In this document: positions 20,113 to 27,982 of the stretch, piece by piece
Position numbering within the stretch: position 1 is the first letter of the stretch
How the letters are laid out: each line of letters begins with the position of its first letter
Assembly (NCBI GenBank): GCA_964634875.1
Contig: CAZWKA010000008.1
Span: 978 to 64,977 of the forward strand
Direction: 5' to 3'
Source: an uncultured Gammaproteobacteria bacterium
Lineage (GTDB): Bacteria > Patescibacteriota > Patescibacteriia > Magasanikbacterales > GWA2-37-8
Length of the DNA stretch: 64,000 nucleotides
Notes under the pieces: generated by a model
Told to the model about the DNA's origin: nothing
What the model saw: the letters and a program-made list of their open reading frames with translations, nothing else
Database searches by the model: none
Position numbers and translations under genes: made by a program

Positions 20113-22746
20113 CTATTTCAACATTCGTTTCAAATATTCACCCGTAAAACTGCCTTTTTTAATCGACACTTCTTCAGGCGTGCCGGTCGCAATTACCTGT
20201 CCACCGCGATCACCTCCTTCGGGTCCGAGATCAATAATCCAGTCCGCGCACTTAATGAGATCGAGGTTGTGCTCGATAACCATAACTGTATTCCCCTGCC
20301 CGACCAACCGATCAAGTACACCAATTAATTTACGCACATCATCATAATGCAAACCAGTCGTCGGCTCATCAAGCAAGTATAACGTCTTCGTTGTACCGTG
20401 CTTTGAAAGTTCTTTGGAAAGTTTGATACGCTGCGCCTCACCACCCGACAAGGTCGTAGCTGATTGACCCAGCGTCAAATAATCCAAACCGACTTCATTC
20501 AAAATTTTGAGCTTATCATTAATAAGTGGGATATCGCGGAAAAATTCTTCCGCTTCTTCCACGGTCATTGCGAGTACCTCGGCGACATTTTTGTCTTTGT
20601 ATTGTACTTGCAAAATTTCGTTAGTAAACCGCTTGCCCTTACAAACATCACAAAGTATCTCAACACTTGGCAAAAAGTGCATTTCAATTTCGAGCGTCCC
20701 GCGGCCTTCACAATTTTCACACCGTCCACCCGGCACATTGAAACTAAAGCGACCACTCTTGAAGCCGCGTAATTTTGCTTCAGCCGTAGAGGCAAATAAT
20801 TCACGAATGAGGTCAAATGCTTTGGTGTACGTTGCCGGATTCGAGCGCGGCGTGCGGCCGATCGGACTTTGATCGATCACAATCATGCGATCAATGTATT
20901 CGGTACCGGTAATTTCTTTGTGCTTACCGACTTCTTTGTTCATGTGATAAAAACGATTGGCCAACGTTTTTTCCAGCACATCATTCATGAGCGTCGATTT
21001 ACCCGAACCCGACACCCCAGTCAAACACACAAACCGGCGCAGGGGAATTTCCACGGAAATATTTTTGAGGTTATGCTCTTCCGCACCTTTGATTTTTATT
21101 TTTGGTGTTGAGGCATCTACCTTACGACGCTTCTCTGGAATTTCAATTTTCAAGTCCCCTCGTAAATATTTGCCGGTAATAGATTTTTTAGGATCACCCA
21201 GCACTTTACACCCCCAGGTCTCATTTTCATTTACTACTGCCTTGCGTTTGGTCGCAGCACTGAGTGCGCCCGACGCAATCTGCTTCCCTTGCAACAATTT
21301 CGTCAGCGGACCCGAAAACACAACGTCGCCGCCATGCTTTCCCGCTGCCGGCCCAATGTCCACAACCCAATCACTCACGAGTATCGTATCTTCATCGTGC
21401 TCAACTACAATAATCGTATTACCAATATCACACAGGCTCCGCAGTGTTTTTACCAACTGATCATTATCTTTTTGATGAAGCCCAATCGTTGGCTCATCGA
21501 GTACATAGAGCGCACCAACCAAACGCGTCCCAACCTGCGATGCGAGCCGGATACGTTGCGCTTCACCGCCCGACAAAGTCCCGGCTTTCCGATTCAAATT
21601 TAAATAATACAAACCGACATTAAACATGAACTGCAACCGGTTGCTGATTTCTCGGAAGACTGCACCGGCAATCTCCACGGTTTTGGCATCGAGCGACAAC
21701 TCGACTTCAGCAAAAAATTCACGCGCTTCACCGATTGTGAGACTCGTCACTTCCCAAATATTTTTTTCTGCCACGCGTACACTCAAAGCCGTTTTGTTCA
21801 AACGCTTGCCTTCACAGACGGTACAAATTTCGGTACTGAACAGCTCCCGGGTACCAAGGCCTGTGCAGGCTTCGCAATAGCCATACGGACTATTGAAACT
21901 AAATAAACGCGGCTCGATCTCGGGAAAACTAAATCCGTCGTTTGGGCACGAGTACTCGGTACTGTAAACATGCTCGGCCTGCCCCGGGTACGCCACTGTC
22001 GCCAAACCATTTGATAAATCTACTGCTTTATTCACTGCTTCCGTCAAACGCAGCACATCGTCATCGCCCCATTTTTTAACGAGCGGGATTTTATCAACAA
22101 CCACCTCGATCGTGTGCTTGTTGTTTTTGGACAATAAAACGCGTTCACGCAAACTTTTAATAGTTCCATCCACCCGCACTTCCAAAAAACCTGAATTATA
22201 TAAATCATAGAGCATTTGGTAATACTCGCCTTTCCGGCCGCGCACGACCGGCGAAAAAATAGTCAGGTGGTTTTCTTCGACTTTAATTTTTTTAGTTTTT
22301 TCATTCTGTAATTTCGTTTCTGCCATAATCCGATCGATCATCTGGTCGACCGTCATCTTTTCGATCTTGGTACCACAGACCGGGCAATAGGGATTCCCCA
22401 CGCGCGCAAACATAACGCGCAGGTAATCATAAATTTCCGTGATAGTCGCGACTGTCGAGCGCGGGTTGGCGCTATGCGCTTTCTGGTCAATTGAGATAGC
22501 TGGCGACAAACCCTCGATCTCATCGACATCTGGTTTTTGCATGCCACCTAAAAACTGCCGGGCATACGCCGACAAACTTTCGATGTAGCGCCTCTGGCCT
22601 TCGGCAAAAATGGTATCAAACGCAAGGCTCGATTTACCCGAACCTGACAGGCCGGTAAAAACAATCATTTTGTTACGGGGCAATTCGAGACTAATATTCT
22701 TGAGATTATGCTCCCGTGCCCCTTTAATAATAATTTTTTCTTGCAT
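20113..22746 (-). CDS. uvrA: Excinuclease ABC subunit A, second paralog lacking the insertion domain
   Basis: Both ABC ATPase modules and the UvrB-binding region are present; CEACTGLG is followed after about 10 aa by CTVCEGKRL. Confidence 0.95.
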   Translation of the reverse strand: MQEKIIIKGAREHNLKNISLELPRNKMIVFTGLSGSGKSSLAFDTIFAEGQRRYIESLSAYARQFLGGMQKPDVDEIEGLSPAISIDQKAHSANPRSTVATITEIYDYLRVMFARVGNPYCPVCGTKIEKMTVDQMIDRIMAETKLQNEKTKKIKVEENHLTIFSPVVRGRKGEYYQMLYDLYNSGFLEVRVDGTIKSLRERVLLSKNNKHTIEVVVDKIPLVKKWGDDDVLRLTEAVNKAVDLSNGLATVAYPGQAEHVYSTEYSCPNDGFSFPEIEPRLFSFNSPYGYCEACTGLGTRELFSTEICTVCEGKRLNKTALSVRVAEKNIWEVTSLTIGEAREFFAEVELSLDAKTVEIAGAVFREISNRLQFMFNVGLYYLNLNRKAGTLSGGEAQRIRLASQVGTRLVGALYVLDEPTIGLHQKDNDQLVKTLRSLCDIGNTIIVVEHDEDTILVSDWVVDIGPAAGKHGGDVVFSGPLTKLLQGKQIASGALSAATKRKAVVNENETWGCKVLGDPKKSITGKYLRGDLKIEIPEKRRKVDASTPKIKIKGAEEHNLKNISVEIPLRRFVCLTGVSGSGKSTLMNDVLEKTLANRFYHMNKEVGKHKEITGTEYIDRMIVIDQSPIGRTPRSNPATYTKAFDLIRELFASTAEAKLRGFKSGRFSFNVPGGRCENCEGRGTLEIEMHFLPSVEILCDVCKGKRFTNEILQVQYKDKNVAEVLAMTVEEAEEFFRDIPLINDKLKILNEVGLDYLTLGQSATTLSGGEAQRIKLSKELSKHGTTKTLYLLDEPTTGLHYDDVRKLIGVLDRLVGQGNTVMVIEHNLDLIKCADWIIDLGPEGGDRGGQVIATGTPEEVSIKKGSFTGEYLKRMLK

Positions 22747-22919
22747 ATAAATGACAAAAAGACCCGAAAATACAGGCCAATGGATGGAATAAAGGAAGAA
22801 AAAGGACTACTCGTAAGTGTACGGGAGACATTTTTATTTGTCAACTAAGCCAAAAAAGTGCTTGACAAAACCCTTTTTTTGTGCTATACTTTACTTGGAT
22901 AGTATCAACTTTTAATTAT

Positions 22920-23222
22920 ATGCTTGAAGGAAAACCTCGCCTCGACCTCATTACCCAAAAAGCCGCTATTTTAAAGGAAAAAACTGCTTCTATCGGCCTT
23001 GACCATGTCACCGACGCTGCAACTGCCGACAAGATTTTAGCTACTCACCAGCGCGATATGACGACTCTCGCCAACGAACAAGCTATCCAGGAGGCTCGCG
23101 CTTTTAATGACAAAAATAAAAAAATGGCTACGAGTGAACTGGCCTCTGCTACCCAACAAGAGATCCAGGCTTTGCTCGAACAAATTGATAAGATTCCTCC
23201 TAATACTCCATCGCTGAATTAA
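22920..23222 (+). CDS. Small helical hypothetical protein
   Basis: Own promoter TTGACA-17-TATACT, TATG start, terminator ACCGCCC-tttc-GGGCGGTTTTTTT. Confidence 0.7.
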   Translation: MLEGKPRLDLITQKAAILKEKTASIGLDHVTDAATADKILATHQRDMTTLANEQAIQEARAFNDKNKKMATSELASATQQEIQALLEQIDKIPPNTPSLN

Positions 23223-23268
23223 ATTTTCGACCGCCCTTTCGGGCGGTTTTTTTATCCCTGAAAAAGCA

Positions 23269-23371
23269 TTGACTTTTATACCTAGTTATGCTAGCTTAAA
23301 ATGATGCTGATTCCTGCAAGGCATCAGCATTTTTTTATACGAAGTCAGTTCTTTAACGAGTTCATTGACAA
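23269..23371 (+). promoter_or_regulatory. Sigma70 promoter, hairpin and two boxA-like elements
   Basis: TTGACT (23269), 17 nt, TAGCTT (23292) with extended TG; hairpin ATGCTGAT/ATCAGCAT plus T tract; AGTTCTTTAAC (23347) and AGTTCATTGACAA (23359). Confidence 0.68.
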
Positions 23372-23619
23372 GTTACACCAAAATCACCTGTTCACCTAAG
23401 AGGCCGAATTGCGCTTTTTAGACTGCTCACACCTAAAAAGTGTTTTCGGTCTCTTAAGGTAACTCAAAAGAAAAATACGGAGGAACATCACCGAAAATTT
23501 CCCACAGCTTCGGCTCGAGGAAGACTTCGGAAAAAAAATAGATCATGCAACAAACACCTTTCACACGTTCAACCAACAACGGCAGGTAACCGCCCCTCGA
23601 AGGCAATGGAGTGACTCCC

Positions 23620-26079
23620 ATGGCAGCACGCGGACACCCCACAATTGGAGCCCGGTTCGGAGCATTCTACGCGCTCCTGTGTGCGCTCGTCGCGCGAGCG
23701 AACGAGCGACCCGCCATCCCGGACGACGACAAGTTCCCGCCCGGCGTCCCCTACTCCGTCGGCAACGAGCTAGCGGAGCGCTTCAGCTTCTACGGCTTCA
23801 AGACGATCTTGAAGCAGTACCTGACGGCCCTCCTCCTCAACTTCGTCAACGAGGCGATGCTCCCCGCATCGGTCGTCGCCGACGCGATGGTGAAGAGCAC
23901 GGAGTACGTGCACCTCTTCAACGCGGCCGTCTACTCCTTCCCGCTGATCGGCGCCCAGATCGCTGATCGCTACCTCGGCAAGTACCGTACGATCTACTAC
24001 GTGTCGATCGGGTACGTGATCGGCCACGCCATCCTCGGTGTCGCCACTCACTTCGGCACCATCCACCTGTACGAGGCGGCCAAGATCTCCTTCGGCCTCG
24101 GCCTCGGCCTCATCGCCGTCAGCGCCGGCGGCATCAAGCCGTGCGCCTCCTCGAACCTCGGCGACCAGTTCCCGCCCCTCAGCAAGCTCATCCTAATCGC
24201 CTTCTCGCTGTTCTACTTCGCCATCAACTACGGCTCGCTCGGCGCCACGATCCTGACGCCGATCATGCTCGACAAGTTCGGGCCCGAGGTCGCTTTCGGC
24301 CTGCCCGGCATCGCGATGGCGATCGCCACGATCGTCTTCCGCATCGGCGAGAAGAAGTTCATCAAGGCGCCGCCCACCCCGGGCGGCAAGCTCGGGCTCC
24401 TCGATAGCCTCGTCACGACGCTGCTCCTGTCCCCGCTGTTCGCCACCGTCATCGGCTACTTCGTGCTCTGGCAGAAGGACGCCGAGATTGCCGAGAAGGC
24501 ATTCAACAAGGCTAACGAGGTGGCGATCCGCGCCGCCGAGGCTCTCGGCCAGACACCGCCGGAGTTCCACATCACGTGGAGCTTCGTCCAGAACTACCTC
24601 ACCAGCCACTGGTGGCTCTTCGCCCTGACCGCCGCCGCCATCACGCTCGGCTCCATCATCTTCATTGTCCGTCAGCGGCGGCAGCCCGACAATACGAGCT
24701 TCCTTCCCATCCTCATCTGGTCGCTGAAGAACCGACATCTGCGCAAGCAGGGCGACGACTTCTTCGATCCGGCCCGCAATAAGTTCGGCAAGGAAGCCGG
24801 TGACGGCCCCCCGGCCGTGCTCCGCATCATGGTGGTCTTCGGGATGGTCGCCGTGTTCTGGGCGCTCTTCGACCAGCACTCCTCGACCTGGGTCGACCAG
24901 GCCAAGATGATGGCTCTCCACCTTATCGTCCCCGCGTGGCTGGGGTACTGGACCCTCGCCACGTTCACCATCATCATCCTCTACGTGGGCATCGGGCTGT
25001 TCTGCCGCCTGGCCAACCGCCCGCCCAAGCGCCTGACCACCTACACCATCCTCGGTCTGCTCGCCTTCTCCGGCTTCCTCTCCGGCGGCCTCGACCTCTT
25101 CGGCCCGCCGATCGGCAACCGGGTCATCCCGGTGATCGTGAAGACGGACACGCCCACGAACCTGAACGAGGCGAACACCGTCATCAAGAAGAAGCTCCGC
25201 GAGGAAGTCAACGTCTCGGTGATCGTCGTCCGTTCGTCGGTCTACAACCCCAAGAAGGAGAAGACCACTCTCACGACGGCCGACTTCCGCCGTGCCACTC
25301 CGCTGGACGCGCTGATCGCGACCATCGGCCTTCCGGACGCCATGACCCCCGCCAACCTCGCGGAGGCCGCGCGTCTCGGGGTCGAGCTGAAGAACTACTC
25401 GAGCGTCAGCGCCTTCCAGGCCGACATCGAGGCCCGGCGTACCGTCAAGCTCAAGGAGCAACGGCCGCACACCCTCACGCTCATGATTTCCCCGTCGCAA
25501 CCCCAGGCGGCCAACCCGCTCTTCGTCATGATCATTATCCCGCTCCTCACCCTCATCCTCGGCTTCATCGCCACGCGCTACGGGATTGTGATCCGGCCGC
25601 TCTACATCATGGCCGTAGGCATGTTCCTCACTGCCTTCTCGTTCGTGATCGCCGCTCTCGTGCAGCGCCACGTGCAGGAGTCAGGTGAGGGCGTGGTCCA
25701 CGTGCTGTGGCAGCTGCCGCAGTACTTCAGCATGACGGTGGCCGAAGTGATGGTATCGATCACCGGCCTCGCCTTCGCCTACACCCAGGCCCCGCGCGCC
25801 ATGAAGGCCACCGTGACCGGCTTCTTCAACTTCACCGTGGCGCTCGGCAACCTGATCGTGGCCTTCCTCGCCCCGCTCGAAAAGCTCAGCCTCGCCTACT
25901 TCTTCTGGGTGTTCGCTGGCATCCAGGGTTTCGCCGCAATCATCTTCGCCATCCTCGTCTACTACTACGTGCGGCGGCTCAAGACGGACGAGCGGAAGGC
26001 CGAGAAGGCCACCCTGAGCGCCACCCCGTTCATCATCGACACCATACAGGCGCTCGAGGGCGAGAAGAAGTTGCCCTGA
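23620..26079 (+). CDS. POT/PTR proton-dependent oligopeptide transporter with large internal insertions, GC-rich
   Basis: NELAERFSFYG (ExxERFxxYG), GGIKPC, FYFAINYGS, AEVMVSITGL, YTQAPRAMK; SD GGAG 8 nt before ATG at 23620. Confidence 0.9.
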   Translation: MAARGHPTIGARFGAFYALLCALVARANERPAIPDDDKFPPGVPYSVGNELAERFSFYGFKTILKQYLTALLLNFVNEAMLPASVVADAMVKSTEYVHLFNAAVYSFPLIGAQIADRYLGKYRTIYYVSIGYVIGHAILGVATHFGTIHLYEAAKISFGLGLGLIAVSAGGIKPCASSNLGDQFPPLSKLILIAFSLFYFAINYGSLGATILTPIMLDKFGPEVAFGLPGIAMAIATIVFRIGEKKFIKAPPTPGGKLGLLDSLVTTLLLSPLFATVIGYFVLWQKDAEIAEKAFNKANEVAIRAAEALGQTPPEFHITWSFVQNYLTSHWWLFALTAAAITLGSIIFIVRQRRQPDNTSFLPILIWSLKNRHLRKQGDDFFDPARNKFGKEAGDGPPAVLRIMVVFGMVAVFWALFDQHSSTWVDQAKMMALHLIVPAWLGYWTLATFTIIILYVGIGLFCRLANRPPKRLTTYTILGLLAFSGFLSGGLDLFGPPIGNRVIPVIVKTDTPTNLNEANTVIKKKLREEVNVSVIVVRSSVYNPKKEKTTLTTADFRRATPLDALIATIGLPDAMTPANLAEAARLGVELKNYSSVSAFQADIEARRTVKLKEQRPHTLTLMISPSQPQAANPLFVMIIIPLLTLILGFIATRYGIVIRPLYIMAVGMFLTAFSFVIAALVQRHVQESGEGVVHVLWQLPQYFSMTVAEVMVSITGLAFAYTQAPRAMKATVTGFFNFTVALGNLIVAFLAPLEKLSLAYFFWVFAGIQGFAAIIFAILVYYYVRRLKTDERKAEKATLSATPFIIDTIQALEGEKKLP

Positions 26080-26096
26080 CCCCCAACCCAGGTGAC

Positions 26097-26142
26097 CCGG
26101 CTGCCCCGCATGTTGTGCGGGGCAGCCGGCCCTTCCCTTTCT
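26097..26142 (+). terminator. GC-rich terminator-like hairpin
   Basis: CCGGCTGCCCCGCA-tgttg-TGCGGGGCAGCCGG followed by a pyrimidine tract. Confidence 0.7.
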
Positions 26143-26270
26143 CCGCTTCACCGCGGCACTAGGGAAGAGGCAAGTGTAACTTGTCGCCTTCTTATCTGCT
26201 TCAGTCTGGAGCCAATAAGAAGACCCGAAATTATCCCGCCGAGCGGCGAGTATTTTATTTTCCTCAACCG

Positions 26271-26346
26271 TTGACATCACCGTAAAATCATGCTAACTTC
26301 CTAAGTTAAGTTTTTTAAGGTACACCTTAACTATTCTCTTTGAAAA
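26271..26346 (+). promoter_or_regulatory. Sigma70 promoter, hairpin and boxA-like element
   Basis: TTGACA (26271), 17 nt, TAACTT (26294) with extended TG; hairpin AGTTAAG/CTTAACT; TTCTCTTTGAAAA (26334-26346). Confidence 0.72.
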
Positions 26347-26432
26347 CGTTAGCCGCTTGAAAACGTTTCATATCCTCGACCTGAGGATTGTGGGACACAA
26401 CAAGCTACTAGCAACACGCATGGAGGTTGAAC

Positions 26433-27827
26433 GTGAACAACAACCGACCCGACCTGTCGCGAGCACTGCGAAGCGCTCTTCAGGAGATCATCGCCCCGTT
26501 CCGCGATTTCATCCATGCACCGCGGGCGCTCTGGGGCGTGAACATCCCCTACTTCTTAGAAGGGCTCGTCTACTTTGGCATCCTGACTGTCCTCACGAAA
26601 TTCCTGTCCGAAAATGTCGGCCTTGGCGACATTACCGGCGGCTGGGTCGTAGGAACATTTACCGGCCTGATCACTGGGACAATGTTTCTCTTGGGCGGAA
26701 CGGCTGACCGTTGGGGCGTGCGCAAAGCGATTATCATCTCGCTGACGCTCATCTTATTAGGACGGATCATGCTCAGCTTGGGCGAACTGATGCACCTGGG
26801 AAACGGCTTGTTCGGCCCGCTCTTTAACCTCAGCTGCGCCGGACTCTTCATTGTTGCCATTGGGTACGGGATGTACCAGCCTGCGGCCTACGCCGGCGTG
26901 CGCCAGTTCACGAACGAAAAGACGGCGGCGATGGGTTACGCAATGGTCTACGCCCTCATGAACTTGGGTGCGTTTGGTTCGGGAATCATCTCCCCAATCA
27001 TCCGCCTCATCAGCAAGAACGCTTTTCCACCGAACGGCATCACGGGCGTTTTCTGGACCTACGTCGTGATCACCGGACTCGCGCTGATGCTGACCTTTGT
27101 CCTCCTGACACCAAAAACGGTACGGGCAAGCACGGCAACGAAGCTCGTTTCGGTCACGTCGCCAGTGTCTGAAAAGCCGCCACCTTTTTTCTCGAAGCGT
27201 TGGTTCAACGAGCACCCGCTCACGGACCTTCGGTTCACCTTTTTCATCTTCATCCTGATCCCGGTGCAGACCCTGTTCGCCCACAACTGGCTCACACTCC
27301 CCCTCTACATTGAGCGAGCCTACGCGGGCAATGCGAACTGGGTCAGCCAGAACTTCGAGTTCTTTGGCAACCTCAACCCGCTTCTCATCTTCATCCTGAC
27401 ACCGCTCGTCGCGGCTCTGACCGCAAAAGTGCCGGTCTTCAAGATGATGATCATCGGGACGCTCATAATGGCCGCACCGACCTTCCTCCTATGTCTCGGC
27501 CCCAAGCCCTGGGTCTTATTCATCTACATCTTCACGATGTCGGTTGGCGAAGCGCTGTGGCAACCCCGGTTCCTGCAGTACGCTTCCGAGATCGCGCCTG
27601 AAGGTCGGGTCGGCATGTATCAGGGCGTTGCCCAGCTTCCCTGGTTCCTCACCAAACTGGTGACTGCCGTGTACTCAGGCTGGTTCCTGAAGCACTACTG
27701 CCCCGCGACCGGCCCCAAGCACACCGAGGCCATGTGGTTCATCTACGGCCTTATCGCTCTGGTGAGCCCGATCGGCCTCTACCTGGCTCGCGGCTGGGTT
27801 GGCCGGTCGATTAACACGAAGCAGTAG
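26433..27827 (+). CDS. MFS transporter, POT-related, GC-rich
   Basis: About 12 TM helices; GGTADRWGVRK MFS motif A; YALMNLGA, NLNPLLIF, GEALWQP; SD GGAGG 6 nt before GTG at 26433. Confidence 0.88.
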   Translation: MNNNRPDLSRALRSALQEIIAPFRDFIHAPRALWGVNIPYFLEGLVYFGILTVLTKFLSENVGLGDITGGWVVGTFTGLITGTMFLLGGTADRWGVRKAIIISLTLILLGRIMLSLGELMHLGNGLFGPLFNLSCAGLFIVAIGYGMYQPAAYAGVRQFTNEKTAAMGYAMVYALMNLGAFGSGIISPIIRLISKNAFPPNGITGVFWTYVVITGLALMLTFVLLTPKTVRASTATKLVSVTSPVSEKPPPFFSKRWFNEHPLTDLRFTFFIFILIPVQTLFAHNWLTLPLYIERAYAGNANWVSQNFEFFGNLNPLLIFILTPLVAALTAKVPVFKMMIIGTLIMAAPTFLLCLGPKPWVLFIYIFTMSVGEALWQPRFLQYASEIAPEGRVGMYQGVAQLPWFLTKLVTAVYSGWFLKHYCPATGPKHTEAMWFIYGLIALVSPIGLYLARGWVGRSINTKQ

Positions 27828-27904
27828 ACCCTCCCCGCGACGATCTGCACCACACAGAACGTCGCGTATCTCCACTAGAAAGTTTTACAAATTTTTAGTG
27901 GAGA

Positions 27905-27938
27905 AAAAATATCCTGGCTACACTCAGGATATTTTTTA
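27905..27938. terminator. Bidirectional terminator between the MFS gene and uvrB
   Basis: AAAAAATATCCTG-gctacact-CAGGATATTTTTT. Confidence 0.8.
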
Positions 27939-27982
27939 TTACAAAAACACCCTCTACATAATCGAGGGTGCTGTACACTATT

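Noticed and set aside
22747-22860. SOS/LexA operator upstream of uvrA
   Set aside because: Only a plain TTGACA-17-TACACT promoter is visible; no palindrome shared with the other uvr upstream regions
24193-25671. 492-aa antisense ORF, and other long alternative-frame ORFs, over the POT gene
   Set aside because: Shadow frames caused by extreme C/G third-position bias; composition is unnatural and the plus frame carries the POT motifs
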